Part shown: piece after piece, positions 24,649 through 34,088 of the stretch | How positions within the stretch are numbered: the stretch's first letter is position 1 | Layout of the letters: every line of letters begins with the position of its first letter | Virus record (IMG/VR): IMGVR_UViG_3300037423_001503 | From: a virus | Length of the DNA stretch: 64,000 bases | Strand: one strand, 5' to 3' | The notes under the pieces: generated by a model | What the model was told of the DNA's origin: nothing | What the model saw: only the letters and a program-made list of their open reading frames with translations | Databases searched by the model: none | Position numbers and translations under genes: made by a program

Positions 24649-25041
24649 TCATGTCCTTTCTTCGTGAATGGTCTCGACCTCGATGTCCATCATCTCGGCC
24701 TGCTTGATCGTGTAGTCGGTGCCGTTGGACTTGCCGGGCGATCGGAAGGCAATCAGTACGTGCGGCATGAACGTCAGCAGCATGCGTCGATTGCGATTCA
24801 GGGGAGCCACGTATGGATTTGGTCCGTCTACGCCGGTCGGTCCGCCGCGGATCGGGAACGGTGTCTGTGTGATTCCCAGCGAGAGCGCCGCAAGCTCGAC
24901 GTGCCAATCGGCGCCCTTGCCGGGCGACTTGCCGTGCGCGACCTCAAGCGAGTCTCCGAACTCCTCCTTGAGTTCTGCGAGCCGCGCTCGTACGGCCTCG
25001 TAGTCGGTCCAGTGGCGAGAGCCAGTGAAACAAATCCTCAT
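24649..25041 (-). CDS. SLOG / YspA-like (DUF2493) protein
   Basis: MRICFTGSRHW, VAHG..GAD, RNRRML, SNGT..TI. Confidence 0.85.
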   Translation of the reverse strand: MRICFTGSRHWTDYEAVRARLAELKEEFGDSLEVAHGKSPGKGADWHVELAALSLGITQTPFPIRGGPTGVDGPNPYVAPLNRNRRMLLTFMPHVLIAFRSPGKSNGTDYTIKQAEMMDIEVETIHEERT

Positions 25042-25070
25042 GCGACCAGCCTAGCGCCGCCGAGCACGAT

Positions 25071-25289
25071 CTACCAGTCCTCTAGTCCGCAGCGCGGACA
25101 CGGAGCGTCGAGCATTGCGTAACAGACGACACAATCTGGCGGCTCGTCCTCGCCTGGAATGATGCGGCCCTCAAGAGGCGTCCCGCAGATCGAGATGTCA
25201 GGCCGGCACGGGCAGAAGTAGTGCGAGAACTCGTCATCGGTGTCGCTGGTTGAGATGTCGTCAACGACGTCGTGGTCAAGCAGCGTCAT
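25071..25289 (-). CDS. small Cys-rich protein
   Basis: H..C.C...ICG...DCVVC. Confidence 0.55.
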   Translation of the reverse strand: MTLLDHDVVDDISTSDTDDEFSHYFCPCRPDISICGTPLEGRIIPGEDEPPDCVVCYAMLDAPCPRCGLEDW

Positions 25290-25499
25290 GTGTGACAGTC
25301 ACCAAGGCAGAGAACAACACCGAAGAACTGTCCAATGGTGTCGGCTTGTATTGGACATCGACGCGGCCTCCCAGTGCGGCGGCCTGCTCGTTTGCTGTAT
25401 TGACGACGTCGAGTAGTCGATTGCCGAAGCTAGTGAAGTTGCCGTCCTTGACGGCCCACACAGCGTGGACCAGGACCGGCCGACGCCTGCGCAGCAGTC

Positions 25500-25880
25500 T
25501 CATGCTGCCTCGCCTAGGCCTGCCAGCCGCTCTAGCGACTTGATGTAGTACTCCTCGATCGCCATACCGGTGTTGGGAATCACCTGAATTGCTCGATCGT
25601 CCCAAAGCTCGATCATCTCGTAGTCCTTCTCGTTGGTCACTTCGAGCGCCTGCCCGATGTGCTGAACAGACCATGCACGAATAGCAGACCTCGACTGCTC
25701 ACGCTCGATCCCATCGGGCGTGCTCACGCGCGCGGTGAGGATTCTAACCTCGGCCCCAGCGGCGAGCCACTTCTTGACGCGTTCGACCATCGCCGGTACT
25801 GGCCGTCCGATGTGCCGATGTCCGCGCCATCCGTCGTAGACGGCAAGTGTACCGTCGAGATCAACTCCGATCCAGCCCAT
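25500..25880 (-). CDS. HAD-family phosphatase (phage PNK-phosphatase/nucleotidase-like)
   Basis: IGVDLDGTLA (DxD), ILTAR, K...LWDDRA. Confidence 0.85.
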   Translation of the reverse strand: MGWIGVDLDGTLAVYDGWRGHRHIGRPVPAMVERVKKWLAAGAEVRILTARVSTPDGIEREQSRSAIRAWSVQHIGQALEVTNEKDYEMIELWDDRAIQVIPNTGMAIEEYYIKSLERLAGLGEAA

Positions 25881-26119
25881 CAGCGGCTCAGCTTGTTGTA
25901 GAAGTCGTCGGCTGCGGCGTTCATACGCGCAAGCTCCTCTCGTCCCTCTTCGAGTGCTTCAATCTTGTTCTTCTCTTCCTCTCGCAGGCGTGTGAACTCT
26001 TCCTTGGCCGCCGCGAGCACGGCCTTGATCGCGTCCTGCGATTCAGGCGAGATCTCATCCCACGGTCGTTCGCCGTGGTAGTGCTGGCCGTCGTCGGTAA
26101 TGAAGCACTCTCCTGGCAT
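25880..26119 (-). CDS. hypothetical protein
   Basis: Coiled-coil, TGATG coupling. Confidence 0.6.
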   Translation of the reverse strand: MPGECFITDDGQHYHGERPWDEISPESQDAIKAVLAAAKEEFTRLREEEKNKIEALEEGREELARMNAAADDFYNKLSR

Positions 26120-26336
26120 CAGGTCTGCTTTCCGTTGTTGTCGACCCGGATGTGGCCGTACGAGGTCTCGGCGTAGATGAAGAACTTGACCGGCGTCCCG
26201 CGTAGCTGCCGCCGCAGACGAGCCACAACGCGTTCAGCGCCGGCCCGCGACCACGTGTAGAGGTAGTGGCAGTCTCCGCATGGCGGGATCACCTTTACGC
26301 GGTGACGGGTCAGTCCGAGGAGCCGTCCGAACGCGC

Positions 26337-26777
26337 TCAGCATTCGTAACCAATCTCGTTGAGTAGCCGCCGCGCGATCACTTGTGATCGCTTGTACGTG
26401 TAGTCGCCGAACTCCGGGGTCGGCCATCCGAGAGCGCGGAACTCATCCCACGTGAACTCTCTGATCGGGCATCCGCGAGCCCATGGCGACCACCGCCGCC
26501 GGGCGGTTCGCGCTACATGCGGTCCGTAGATGTCAAGCATTCGCCCGTCAGGCATCTTCACCATTGCATGAATGTTCGGCCTGTCGCCGTCGAGGAACGC
26601 CACCATGGGCCAGCCGGTGATGCGGCTAATCGCCCGCGCCAGGTAGTGACAATCACCCCTGGTGAAGCGCTCTTCGTCTCGCTTGGTGCCGACCGCGCGC
26701 CGCCCCCTAGCCACGAAGCAGGTCCTTGAGCGCGGCCTTGATGATTCCAACCCCCAGGCCGACAAAGATGCATGCAC
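26337..26777 (-). CDS. hypothetical protein
   Basis: FT.GDCH.LA.A....GW...HA...DG..LDI.G motif; start uncertain. Confidence 0.65.
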   Translation of the reverse strand: MHASLSAWGLESSRPRSRTCFVARGRRAVGTKRDEERFTRGDCHYLARAISRITGWPMVAFLDGDRPNIHAMVKMPDGRMLDIYGPHVARTARRRWSPWARGCPIREFTWDEFRALGWPTPEFGDYTYKRSQVIARRLLNEIGYEC

Positions 26778-26822
26778 CGACGAACACGCAGGCGTCGGTG
26801 GCGAAGTCGAGCAGTCCGCGCA

Positions 26823-27152
26823 TCAGCCGTGCACCAGCGGGGTCGACAGGTTAGGCAGTGAGGCGCTGAACCGACCGGTCTGCACGCCGCTCTCGTCGGC
26901 TGCAAAGTCGAGAATCTCGCGGATCAGTTCACCGAAGTCGAGACCGTCGAGGTCGATCCACATTGTGCCGATCCACGTCCTCTGCGCCGCCTCTGGTGTT
27001 AGCCAAACCGTCGCGCCCTTTGTGGCCGGATCGCAGGTGATGTCGGAGTACCAGTACTCCTCTGTCTCCTCGAACTCGACGTTAGAGATGTCAGATACGG
27101 AAATGTCTAGCCGCTGCGCGGCCCACGCTCGAAGCGTGTCTTCAATCGCCAT
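26823..27152 (-). CDS. hypothetical protein
   Basis: Leaderless after TTGACT-17-TAGGCT. Confidence 0.65.
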   Translation of the reverse strand: MAIEDTLRAWAAQRLDISVSDISNVEFEETEEYWYSDITCDPATKGATVWLTPEAAQRTWIGTMWIDLDGLDFGELIREILDFAADESGVQTGRFSASLPNLSTPLVHG

Positions 27153-27229
27153 CCATGGAAGCCTACCAAGGCCGCCATGCTAAGTCAAGCTGTCACGGAT
27201 CTCGCCAGACCTGCTGGCGGTCTACGTGA

Positions 27230-27454
27230 CTAGACCAGCGTGTCGATTCCGTGCCTGTGCGCTTCGCGGTATGCGCGCCGCAGACTTGCGACGGCGGCGA
27301 TGAACGCGCGCGTCGAGTCCTCTTGGTCTCCGAGGTACTCCACCGAGGTCATCCACAGGATTGGCTGACCGTCATCGGTCTGCGCTGGGATCGCTGCGCA
27401 GATGACGCCACTGTCGGCCTGCTGCCGCATGAACTCGTAGGCGTCGAGGATCAC
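27230..27454 (-). CDS. hypothetical protein
   Basis: Operonic ORF. Confidence 0.55.
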   Translation of the reverse strand: MILDAYEFMRQQADSGVICAAIPAQTDDGQPILWMTSVEYLGDQEDSTRAFIAAVASLRRAYREAHRHGIDTLV

Positions 27455-27734
27455 AGCTTGGCCTCGAAGTACTCAATGGGTGTGTCGCGGCCGTCAACAT
27501 CGTGCCCTTCCTCGCCGGCTTCGCGTCCGTCATAGGAGTTGTGAGTCACGACCCAGCCGCCGCGGTTGAAGAGCCCGTCATGGTGTTCGAATCGACGGCT
27601 CGGCAGGCAGAGACAGTAGCGGTCGGCGATGTGAAAGGTCGCGTCCGCGATTGGCACGACGTGAACGTCTCCGGTGCTGACTTGTAGCGCTTCCCACATC
27701 CGACGGCCTCCTGCACCCCTATGAAAGTTCTGGC

Positions 27735-28085
27735 TCAGGCAATGCCCCAGAGCCCTCTGTTGGTCAGCCAGATCAGTTCTCGTCCGCCGTCCGTCCACGT
27801 CGTGAGGGCCTTGTATGCGATGTCCTGCTCAGTGGTCAGTCTCTTGTCGCCAAAGACGAACTTCTTGGCGTCGAGCGGATCGTTGGTGTGGAGGTCAGCC
27901 ACTGCGTGCATGAGCTTGACCAGCCAGTAGTGGATGTTGCGGTGGCAGGTCGGGCAGACCTCTACGACCTTGACCTCGAAGAGCGAGTTGGGATTCACCG
28001 CAGCCTGCCATGCCTGAGGCACGACGTGGTGCCGCTCCGTAGTGAGCGGTCGAGGGCGGTGGAACTTCCTCGCCGTGCAGGCCAT
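27735..28085 (-). CDS. HNH-like protein
   Basis: ERHHVVP...VCPTCHRNIH. Confidence 0.75.
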   Translation of the reverse strand: MACTARKFHRPRPLTTERHHVVPQAWQAAVNPNSLFEVKVVEVCPTCHRNIHYWLVKLMHAVADLHTNDPLDAKKFVFGDKRLTTEQDIAYKALTTWTDGGRELIWLTNRGLWGIA

Positions 28086-29354
28086 GCAGGTAATGCTACG
28101 CCTCGATTCGACTATTCGAGCATTCGTCTAATCGCACAATCGTCAAACCCATCACCCCAACACGATCGACGACGCGTGAGCGCTATTCGTATCAGCATTG
28201 GTTACGGTTCTCGGACGGAACGATACATACCCATCAGAGGCCCCGACGAGGACGTTTCGTTCCGCCGCCACGCGGCCGGCTCCGGTCGATCGCTGCACCC
28301 CTATGAAGGTTCTCGGCCCTCGCGACTTCGAGGTCGTTTTGGCCTACTTTGATGAGGGCTTCGTACCACTTCGAATTTTCCATCTCTGTGTGGCACTACT
28401 ACCGCGTTCCCTGAGCCCCCAAAATCACTGAGAGGGTTTTTCTAGACAGGATCCCCCACAACCCCAACGACCCTAAGCGCCTGAATATTTAGAACGGGCA
28501 GTGAATCTTAGCGTTCCCGACTATGTTGGGGTTCAAGTTGTATGGGTTTACACTTGTGTAAGGGGAAATGAGTGGGGACGCACCGACACGTCCCCAACCT
28601 CCCCCACAACGACAACCGCCCCGCCGATACGACCGACCGCAACCATCGTTCGACCCCGTCGAGACCCCTAGACGATGCCGCGCGGAGACCGCGCCGCAGC
28701 CGTTCCTAGCGGCGTCTGACGCCTCCATAGGTCCGCTCCTACTGCGGACGCCTTCCGCGGTCTCAGCGTGCCTAAGAATGGCTTTCGTATCCGTCGCTGC
28801 TACGGATGGGCGGTCGAATCGGGTACTACGGATGCCCCATAGGGGTATGGGTTGCGGACGCTGCTAGTCCTACATGTTGGTTCTTGAGATCGGATTTGGC
28901 TCAAATGCTTGACCTCGACGCAAACATAGGTTCGGTTCATAGTTCTTATAGGCTCTTATGTTCGCCTCGTGATCGAACAGAACCTAAATGTTCGCTGAGA
29001 ATCGAGCGTTTATGCGCCACATTGGCCGGTCTGAGACCCCTATACCCCTTTGTGCGGAGTCGGTCCTGCAATGCAACCGTCTCCCATCGTGCACAAGATA
29101 TCGCACTAGGCGATGTTGTCGTTGTTGGGATTTGGCTCTATAGAGCCAAATGCGGCCTGAATGCTTGCAATTGCGCAAGCAACGTCTCAGCGGCGCGCAC
29201 GAAACCTGCAACCCTAGGGTTGCAGATGGGCCTGAAATCGACTCCTATGCCTTGCTCTGACAGCCCTTACGGGGCAAGGGATTGCGCCTAGTTAGGGCAC
29301 AAGACCGACTTGTTGATTATGCACAAGGCCTCCCTATGCGCGTGTAATGGGCGG

Positions 29355-29650
29355 CGGCAACCGCTGGTCTGGCAATCTCGGCCGCAGCGGAACCGGGGAG
29401 AGCGATCCCCCGGGGGTTCCATCGGAACCGGCATATGCCAGCCGCGGTCATCCGCCGTCACTCGCCTAGTGCGCCTCCCAGTGACACCGGACCAACAGGG
29501 AGTTAGTCCCCCGGATGCCCCGCGTATCGAAACCCCGTCAGTCGGCACGGACCCTAGGTCCGGTGAACGCAAGCAACGCGTGCCAGTGCGGCGGGGCGCA
29601 CTGCCCCGGTCAAGTAACCAATGCCTATAACTAGGCACGGACCCCGGGAG
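29355..29650 (+). ncRNA. candidate structured ncRNA
   Basis: About 9 consecutive hairpins; possible TGCACA-17-TGTAAT promoter. Confidence 0.45.
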
Positions 29651-29659
29651 CAAAGGTGA

Positions 29660-30380
29660 CTAGTCAATGTCATTGACTTCGAAATCACGTTGTAGCACTA
29701 CGCGTCTCACGCGTACGCGCGTCTCACGGACTGCGCCGACTCACGCCAAAGACCCGACACCCTCGCACGATCAATGACCCCAACAACGGGGATTCACGAT
29801 CAACGCCTAGGGGTCGATCACGGACAAAGAGCGGCGCGCCCAAAGAGCGAACCGGACGCAAAGAGCGAACGTAGGACTATGACAATGAGAGTAGGAGGAT
29901 ACGAACGGACGACTAGTAGAAGTGCCCATCTGCCTCTCACGCGTAGGCCCTAGGCCTAGTGCGATGCGCGTCATGCAGCCGATTGGTGGGCAACAAAGCA
30001 ATGACCATAACAACCGTGTCCTCACTCACCCGACGATGCGACGAAAGCGAACCCCTTCATTCCTGCTCCGCTACGGCGGACGTTAGGCGTAGGGCTACCG
30101 AGTAGTCGATCAACAACGTCGGGCCGGTCACAGTCATTGGCATTGACTACCGAATCTCACGACCGCTGAGCGCGTCTCACGATTCGGTCGCGCGTCTCAC
30201 GGACGCGTCGCACGGTTACACGCGCGTGTAACGGATGGCCGATCCTCTCCGCCGATGGGCGGACCGATCGAACCACCATCCGTTGGGCGCCTGCCGCGCG
30301 ACCCCCAAAGAGCGAACCGACCGACTCAACGAGCGAACCCCGGACAATGACAGTAGGTAGACAATGACATTGACTTGACG
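29660..30380. repeat. two ~250-bp imperfect blocks with palindromic operators and iteron-like repeats
   Basis: AGTCAATG-N-CATTGACT x3, GCGTCTCACG x4, AAAGAGCGAAC x3. Confidence 0.75.
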
Positions 30381-30492
30381 GAAGCCGAGAGCGTCAATTC
30401 GGGATGTCGTCGGGGTAGCGCCCGACCAACGGTAAGTTATAGGTCATGGCCGGTGGTCCGGCCAAACGTTGCTTTGCCTATCACTTGAAAGC

Positions 30493-30526
30493 GCGGACGG
30501 TGGGGTTCGATTCCCCACCGCCCGCA
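30493..30526 (+). ncRNA. tRNA acceptor/T minihelix-like hairpin in early leader
   Basis: 13-bp stem (one mismatch) closing GG-TTCGATT-CC loop. Confidence 0.55.
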
Positions 30527-30557
30527 TTTGGTTGTCCATCATCTAGGAGTCGTGACT

Positions 30558-30824
30558 ATGCATTCCTCTCAGTACATGGCGCTCGCGCAGGCGGCGGACG
30601 CGTTGTCGGCGCGCATTCTCGCCTTCTACCTTCCCGACGATTGGTCGGAGGGGACGCCGCGCGGCGTGACGTTGCTTGCCTTCGATGGTGAGCCGCACTA
30701 CGCGGTCGCAATCTTTCACGGGGACGATCTCCGCTGCGTGCGCCGGTTCGAACACCAGGTGGAAGCGCTGAGCGCTTTCGCGCGGTCCGCCGACGACGCC
30801 TTCCTCACCTCGATCACCTTCTAG
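30558..30824 (+). CDS. hypothetical protein (first rightward gene)
   Basis: AGGAG RBS, ATG 30558. Confidence 0.6.
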   Translation: MHSSQYMALAQAADALSARILAFYLPDDWSEGTPRGVTLLAFDGEPHYAVAIFHGDDLRCVRRFEHQVEALSAFARSADDAFLTSITF

Positions 30825-30998
30825 GAAGGACCCCAACAATGTGTCATCCCACCGCGGACGTCGTCTGCGCGACCGCCGGTCACACAACGGCTAGCCCCGC
30901 CGTGATCGCGGCTGTCGTGTTCGGTCTCGTCTTTGTGATGGCGGTTCTTCCGGCCATCATCTGGTCTATCAAGTCCCCCAACAACTGAAGGGAACAAC

Positions 30999-31418
30999 AT
31001 GTACAACAAGCCCATCATGCGCGCCGCGTGGACCATCTTCGCTGTGACGCTCTCACTGGTTATCGCGTTGTGCGCGGTCGCTGCCACATCCCGCGCGGCC
31101 GAGCAGCAAAGGAACGCCGACGGTGCGTGCTACGGGTACGCCGTTCCGTCCATCGACTGCGTGTCCCCCGATTGGACGGGTGTCGTGCCCCGATGGGGGC
31201 TCCTGCATGTCCCGGCCGCTAAGCGCGGTTCCGACGTTCAGTGCTACTCCGCAATCAACGGGCGCCCGTTCGTTCAGCGAATGGACGATCCGGCCGGGCC
31301 GTACTGGACTGCGTATGCGCATGGCCGAGATGTCACTGTCGCCGCCTACGACCGGGTCAATCACGATTTCATCAACATGACTCACCGGTCAGTGGTCTGC
31401 GCTAGCTGGGCCGACTAG
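30999..31418 (+). CDS. secreted hypothetical protein
   Basis: Signal peptide. Confidence 0.65.
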   Translation: MYNKPIMRAAWTIFAVTLSLVIALCAVAATSRAAEQQRNADGACYGYAVPSIDCVSPDWTGVVPRWGLLHVPAAKRGSDVQCYSAINGRPFVQRMDDPAGPYWTAYAHGRDVTVAAYDRVNHDFINMTHRSVVCASWAD

Positions 31419-31490
31419 CGGCTAGATCAAGGCCTAGGCATACGCCTAGGTCTTCATGTGGTCCTAGTCTCAACATGTAGGAGTCATGTC

Positions 31491-31802
31491 ATGCGTGAAT
31501 TCACCAATACCTACACAGTGGCCGAGCTTGACCGCATGCGCGCGGTCGCGGTCGAAAGGGAACGGCGCGCGGCGGAGGATCGCGCGCGACGCCTGCGCGA
31601 GGAGGCAGAGCGGGAGGCAGCACAGGCAATCAACCTGTATGAGTCGATCGGGCTCACCATTATCGGGGTCGATCGGTCGCGCGCGGGGTGGACACTGAGC
31701 CTCTCCGACGGTTCAACCCTGGTCATGACCTACGACAGCGACGAAGACTCCTTCTGCGCGTGCGATCTACGGCGCGATCCGAGCGGACGTCACGCGCAGT
31801 AA
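31491..31802 (+). CDS. hypothetical protein
   Basis: AGGAG RBS. Confidence 0.6.
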   Translation: MREFTNTYTVAELDRMRAVAVERERRAAEDRARRLREEAEREAAQAINLYESIGLTIIGVDRSRAGWTLSLSDGSTLVMTYDSDEDSFCACDLRRDPSGRHAQ

Positions 31803-31839
31803 CGCCGACCGATCAAACGTCCACACCAAAGGAACGTCT

Positions 31840-32175
31840 ATGCAGGCCTATACGTTGACCCTCCCGCTGGCCGACAACGGCGGGAACCCTCGCGATGACG
31901 TCCACGCGCACGCGTGCGCGGTGTTCGCGCGACAGTTCGGGGGATGGACTGCTACGGACGCCGTAGGCGGCTGGTACGCCCCGGGAGCGGACTACCCGGG
32001 GCAGGAACGGGTACGCGTCTACACGGTCCTTACGGACGCCGTAGGCGCCTCTGACGTCCTGCGCTCGCTAGCCGAGTACGCGGCACAGGCGATGGCGCAG
32101 GACGCGGTTCTGATCACGGGACCCGTCGAAGTGCCCGCGGTGTTCGTCGCCGCCCCGCTACGCGTCGCCGCCTAG
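31840..32175 (+). CDS. hypothetical protein
   Basis: LPLADNGG...FGGWT...GGW...Q.AV phage motif. Confidence 0.7.
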   Translation: MQAYTLTLPLADNGGNPRDDVHAHACAVFARQFGGWTATDAVGGWYAPGADYPGQERVRVYTVLTDAVGASDVLRSLAEYAAQAMAQDAVLITGPVEVPAVFVAAPLRVAA

Positions 32176-32203
32176 TCCAACCCATACGTAGAAAGGCTCA
32201 GCA

Positions 32204-32500
32204 ATGGCGAAGATTTCGGCTCACGGTTCGGTCAAGCTCGCGCAGGCGTCGCGCGCATGGACCGACAGCGATGGGTGGGACCATAAGGTGAGGGTCGCTC
32301 TCCGCTCCGATGGCGCGATCCTGTACGCGCATGACTTACGCTCGCCGGAGCGTCGCGCCTCCTATGGCGCACGCGGCTGGAATCGTGGCGGCTACAAACG
32401 CGTTGCGCGACTCAGCGACGAGCAGCGCGCTACGCCGGTAACGGCGTTGAGCGTCTTTGAGCGCTACGCGGCGGCGCGGTTCGGCGCGACCCTCGACTAG
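32204..32500 (+). CDS. hypothetical protein
   Basis: GAAAGG RBS. Confidence 0.65.
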   Translation: MAKISAHGSVKLAQASRAWTDSDGWDHKVRVALRSDGAILYAHDLRSPERRASYGARGWNRGGYKRVARLSDEQRATPVTALSVFERYAAARFGATLD

Positions 32501-32571
32501 CGGCTAGGTGTAGGGGTCGGACGCCCACCGACCCCTAGACGTAGTCCTAGCACAACCATAAGGACATCATC

Positions 32572-33216
32572 ATGGAGACAAAGACCTACAAGTGGAACCG
32601 CTCTGAGAGCGCGCGCAAAGCAGCGATGCGGCGACGCATCTTGGAGGCATTCGGCGACGCGTCCGCCGACGACCTAGCCGCGGGGGTCGAATGGTACGAC
32701 CGCGCGAACCGCGCAGCCGCATCGATCGCTGAAGGTTCCTCACTGAGCGCCGATACCGTCGCAGGGGTCATCGCTGCTCTGTCCCCGCGTCAGACATGGG
32801 CCGTGAATCTCGCGCAGGCGTCCGCGCTTGTAGACGCCGTCATCCGTGGCGATTCCGAACCGCCCGCCGTGCACACCAGGACGATGCGCGCGCAGGCATG
32901 GCGCATCGCGCAGGGAGAGCGCCCGTTGGACGTCCTCAATGGCCCTAAGGTGCGCGCCTTCTACGCCAACATTACGGGGAACCTCTCAGCGGTCACCGTC
33001 GATACGTGGGCCGCGAGGGTCGCGGAGGGGGATTGGCGTCCGAATCCGATGGCGCATCTCCGCGCGCATGCCCCCTACGCGGCTACCGATGCCCCGCAGG
33101 GACGCCGTTACGCGTTGATCGCAGACGCCTACCGGGAGGCAGCGGCGCTGCTCGGTCACGCGCCGCGCGACGTACAGGCAGCGGTATGGGTGCACGTTCG
33201 GCAGTCCGCGGACTGA
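32572..33216 (+). CDS. DUF7178-like, HhH/DNA-glycosylase-fold phage protein
   Basis: G..WY..A, AALSPR..W..N, GPKV.AFY.NI, VTVD.WA.R, YR.AA, VQAAVW. Confidence 0.7.
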   Translation: METKTYKWNRSESARKAAMRRRILEAFGDASADDLAAGVEWYDRANRAAASIAEGSSLSADTVAGVIAALSPRQTWAVNLAQASALVDAVIRGDSEPPAVHTRTMRAQAWRIAQGERPLDVLNGPKVRAFYANITGNLSAVTVDTWAARVAEGDWRPNPMAHLRAHAPYAATDAPQGRRYALIADAYREAAALLGHAPRDVQAAVWVHVRQSAD

Positions 33217-33242
33217 TCAACCCCAACAACGTAAGGATCATC

Positions 33243-33590
33243 ATGTATGACTTGAACGACGTGATGCAGTTCGATCACGTGATCGAGGTGCGCGAGGACG
33301 GGTCGATCGTTGACCGCGACGACCTGTCCGCTCCGGAGTGCTACGCCGACGGCGTAGGCATCGACTACGCGGGAGCGCGCGGATGGGAGGCGCTGAACGG
33401 CTATAGCGGTCAGTCCGGCTACGCCGGACCCATAATGCACCCGTCGGAGTACATCGGCGGACGTCTCGCCGACGACATCATCGCCACGCCGGGCGTCTAC
33501 GTCGCCGTTGTCGTCAACGACCTGGACGCGCTCGCCGACGACGGGGACGGCGAACCCGCAGGGTGGGCAGTCCTCCGCTACGACGCCTAG
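33243..33590 (+). CDS. hypothetical phage protein
   Basis: GYSGQSGYAGPIMHPSEYIGG motif. Confidence 0.75.
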   Translation: MYDLNDVMQFDHVIEVREDGSIVDRDDLSAPECYADGVGIDYAGARGWEALNGYSGQSGYAGPIMHPSEYIGGRLADDIIATPGVYVAVVVNDLDALADDGDGEPAGWAVLRYDA

Positions 33591-34088
33591 GGGAGCTATC
33601 CATGTCTCAGTCTCACGGCGGTTCGCGTTCGCGCGGCGAGGAATTCGCTGAGTTGGTCTCAGTGATTCTCATCATCGGCGGGATCGCGTTGTGCGTGATC
33701 TTGCCGCTCGTCGAAGTCATCAAGTCCATCATCTAGCTCAGGGAGCTATCCAAGATGTTCAACAAGAGCCTCTTCAACCCCAACATCCCCTATCACGGTC
33801 CCGGCGTGTTCGCACTGCCGCTGAACCGGCGTGTCGCCTACGCGGACGAACGGATCGCCCACATCGTCGGCAACGTCGCCAATCGCGAGCGTCTCGGACC
33901 CGTTGTGGTCGTGGACGGCGAGACCTACACCTTCGACGCCTACGCGGAGCTACTCGCCGCCGCCTACCCGGGGCGGAACACCATCAACAACTAGCGCGTA
34001 GCCGCGCGGGCATCGGGCCAACCGGTGCCCCTGCGAGTGCGAGCTATCCAAGCCGTGCACGACTAGTCCTACAACTACAGGAGCCAAC

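Larger units (their letters stand above)
28100..30400. other. non-coding divergence zone (possible genome end / origin)
   Basis: Strand switch, no credible ORFs, palindromes and direct repeats. Confidence 0.6.

Noticed and set aside
28198-30025. ORFs in the divergence zone
   Set aside because: Atypical codon usage, no RBS, and overlap with palindromes and repeats
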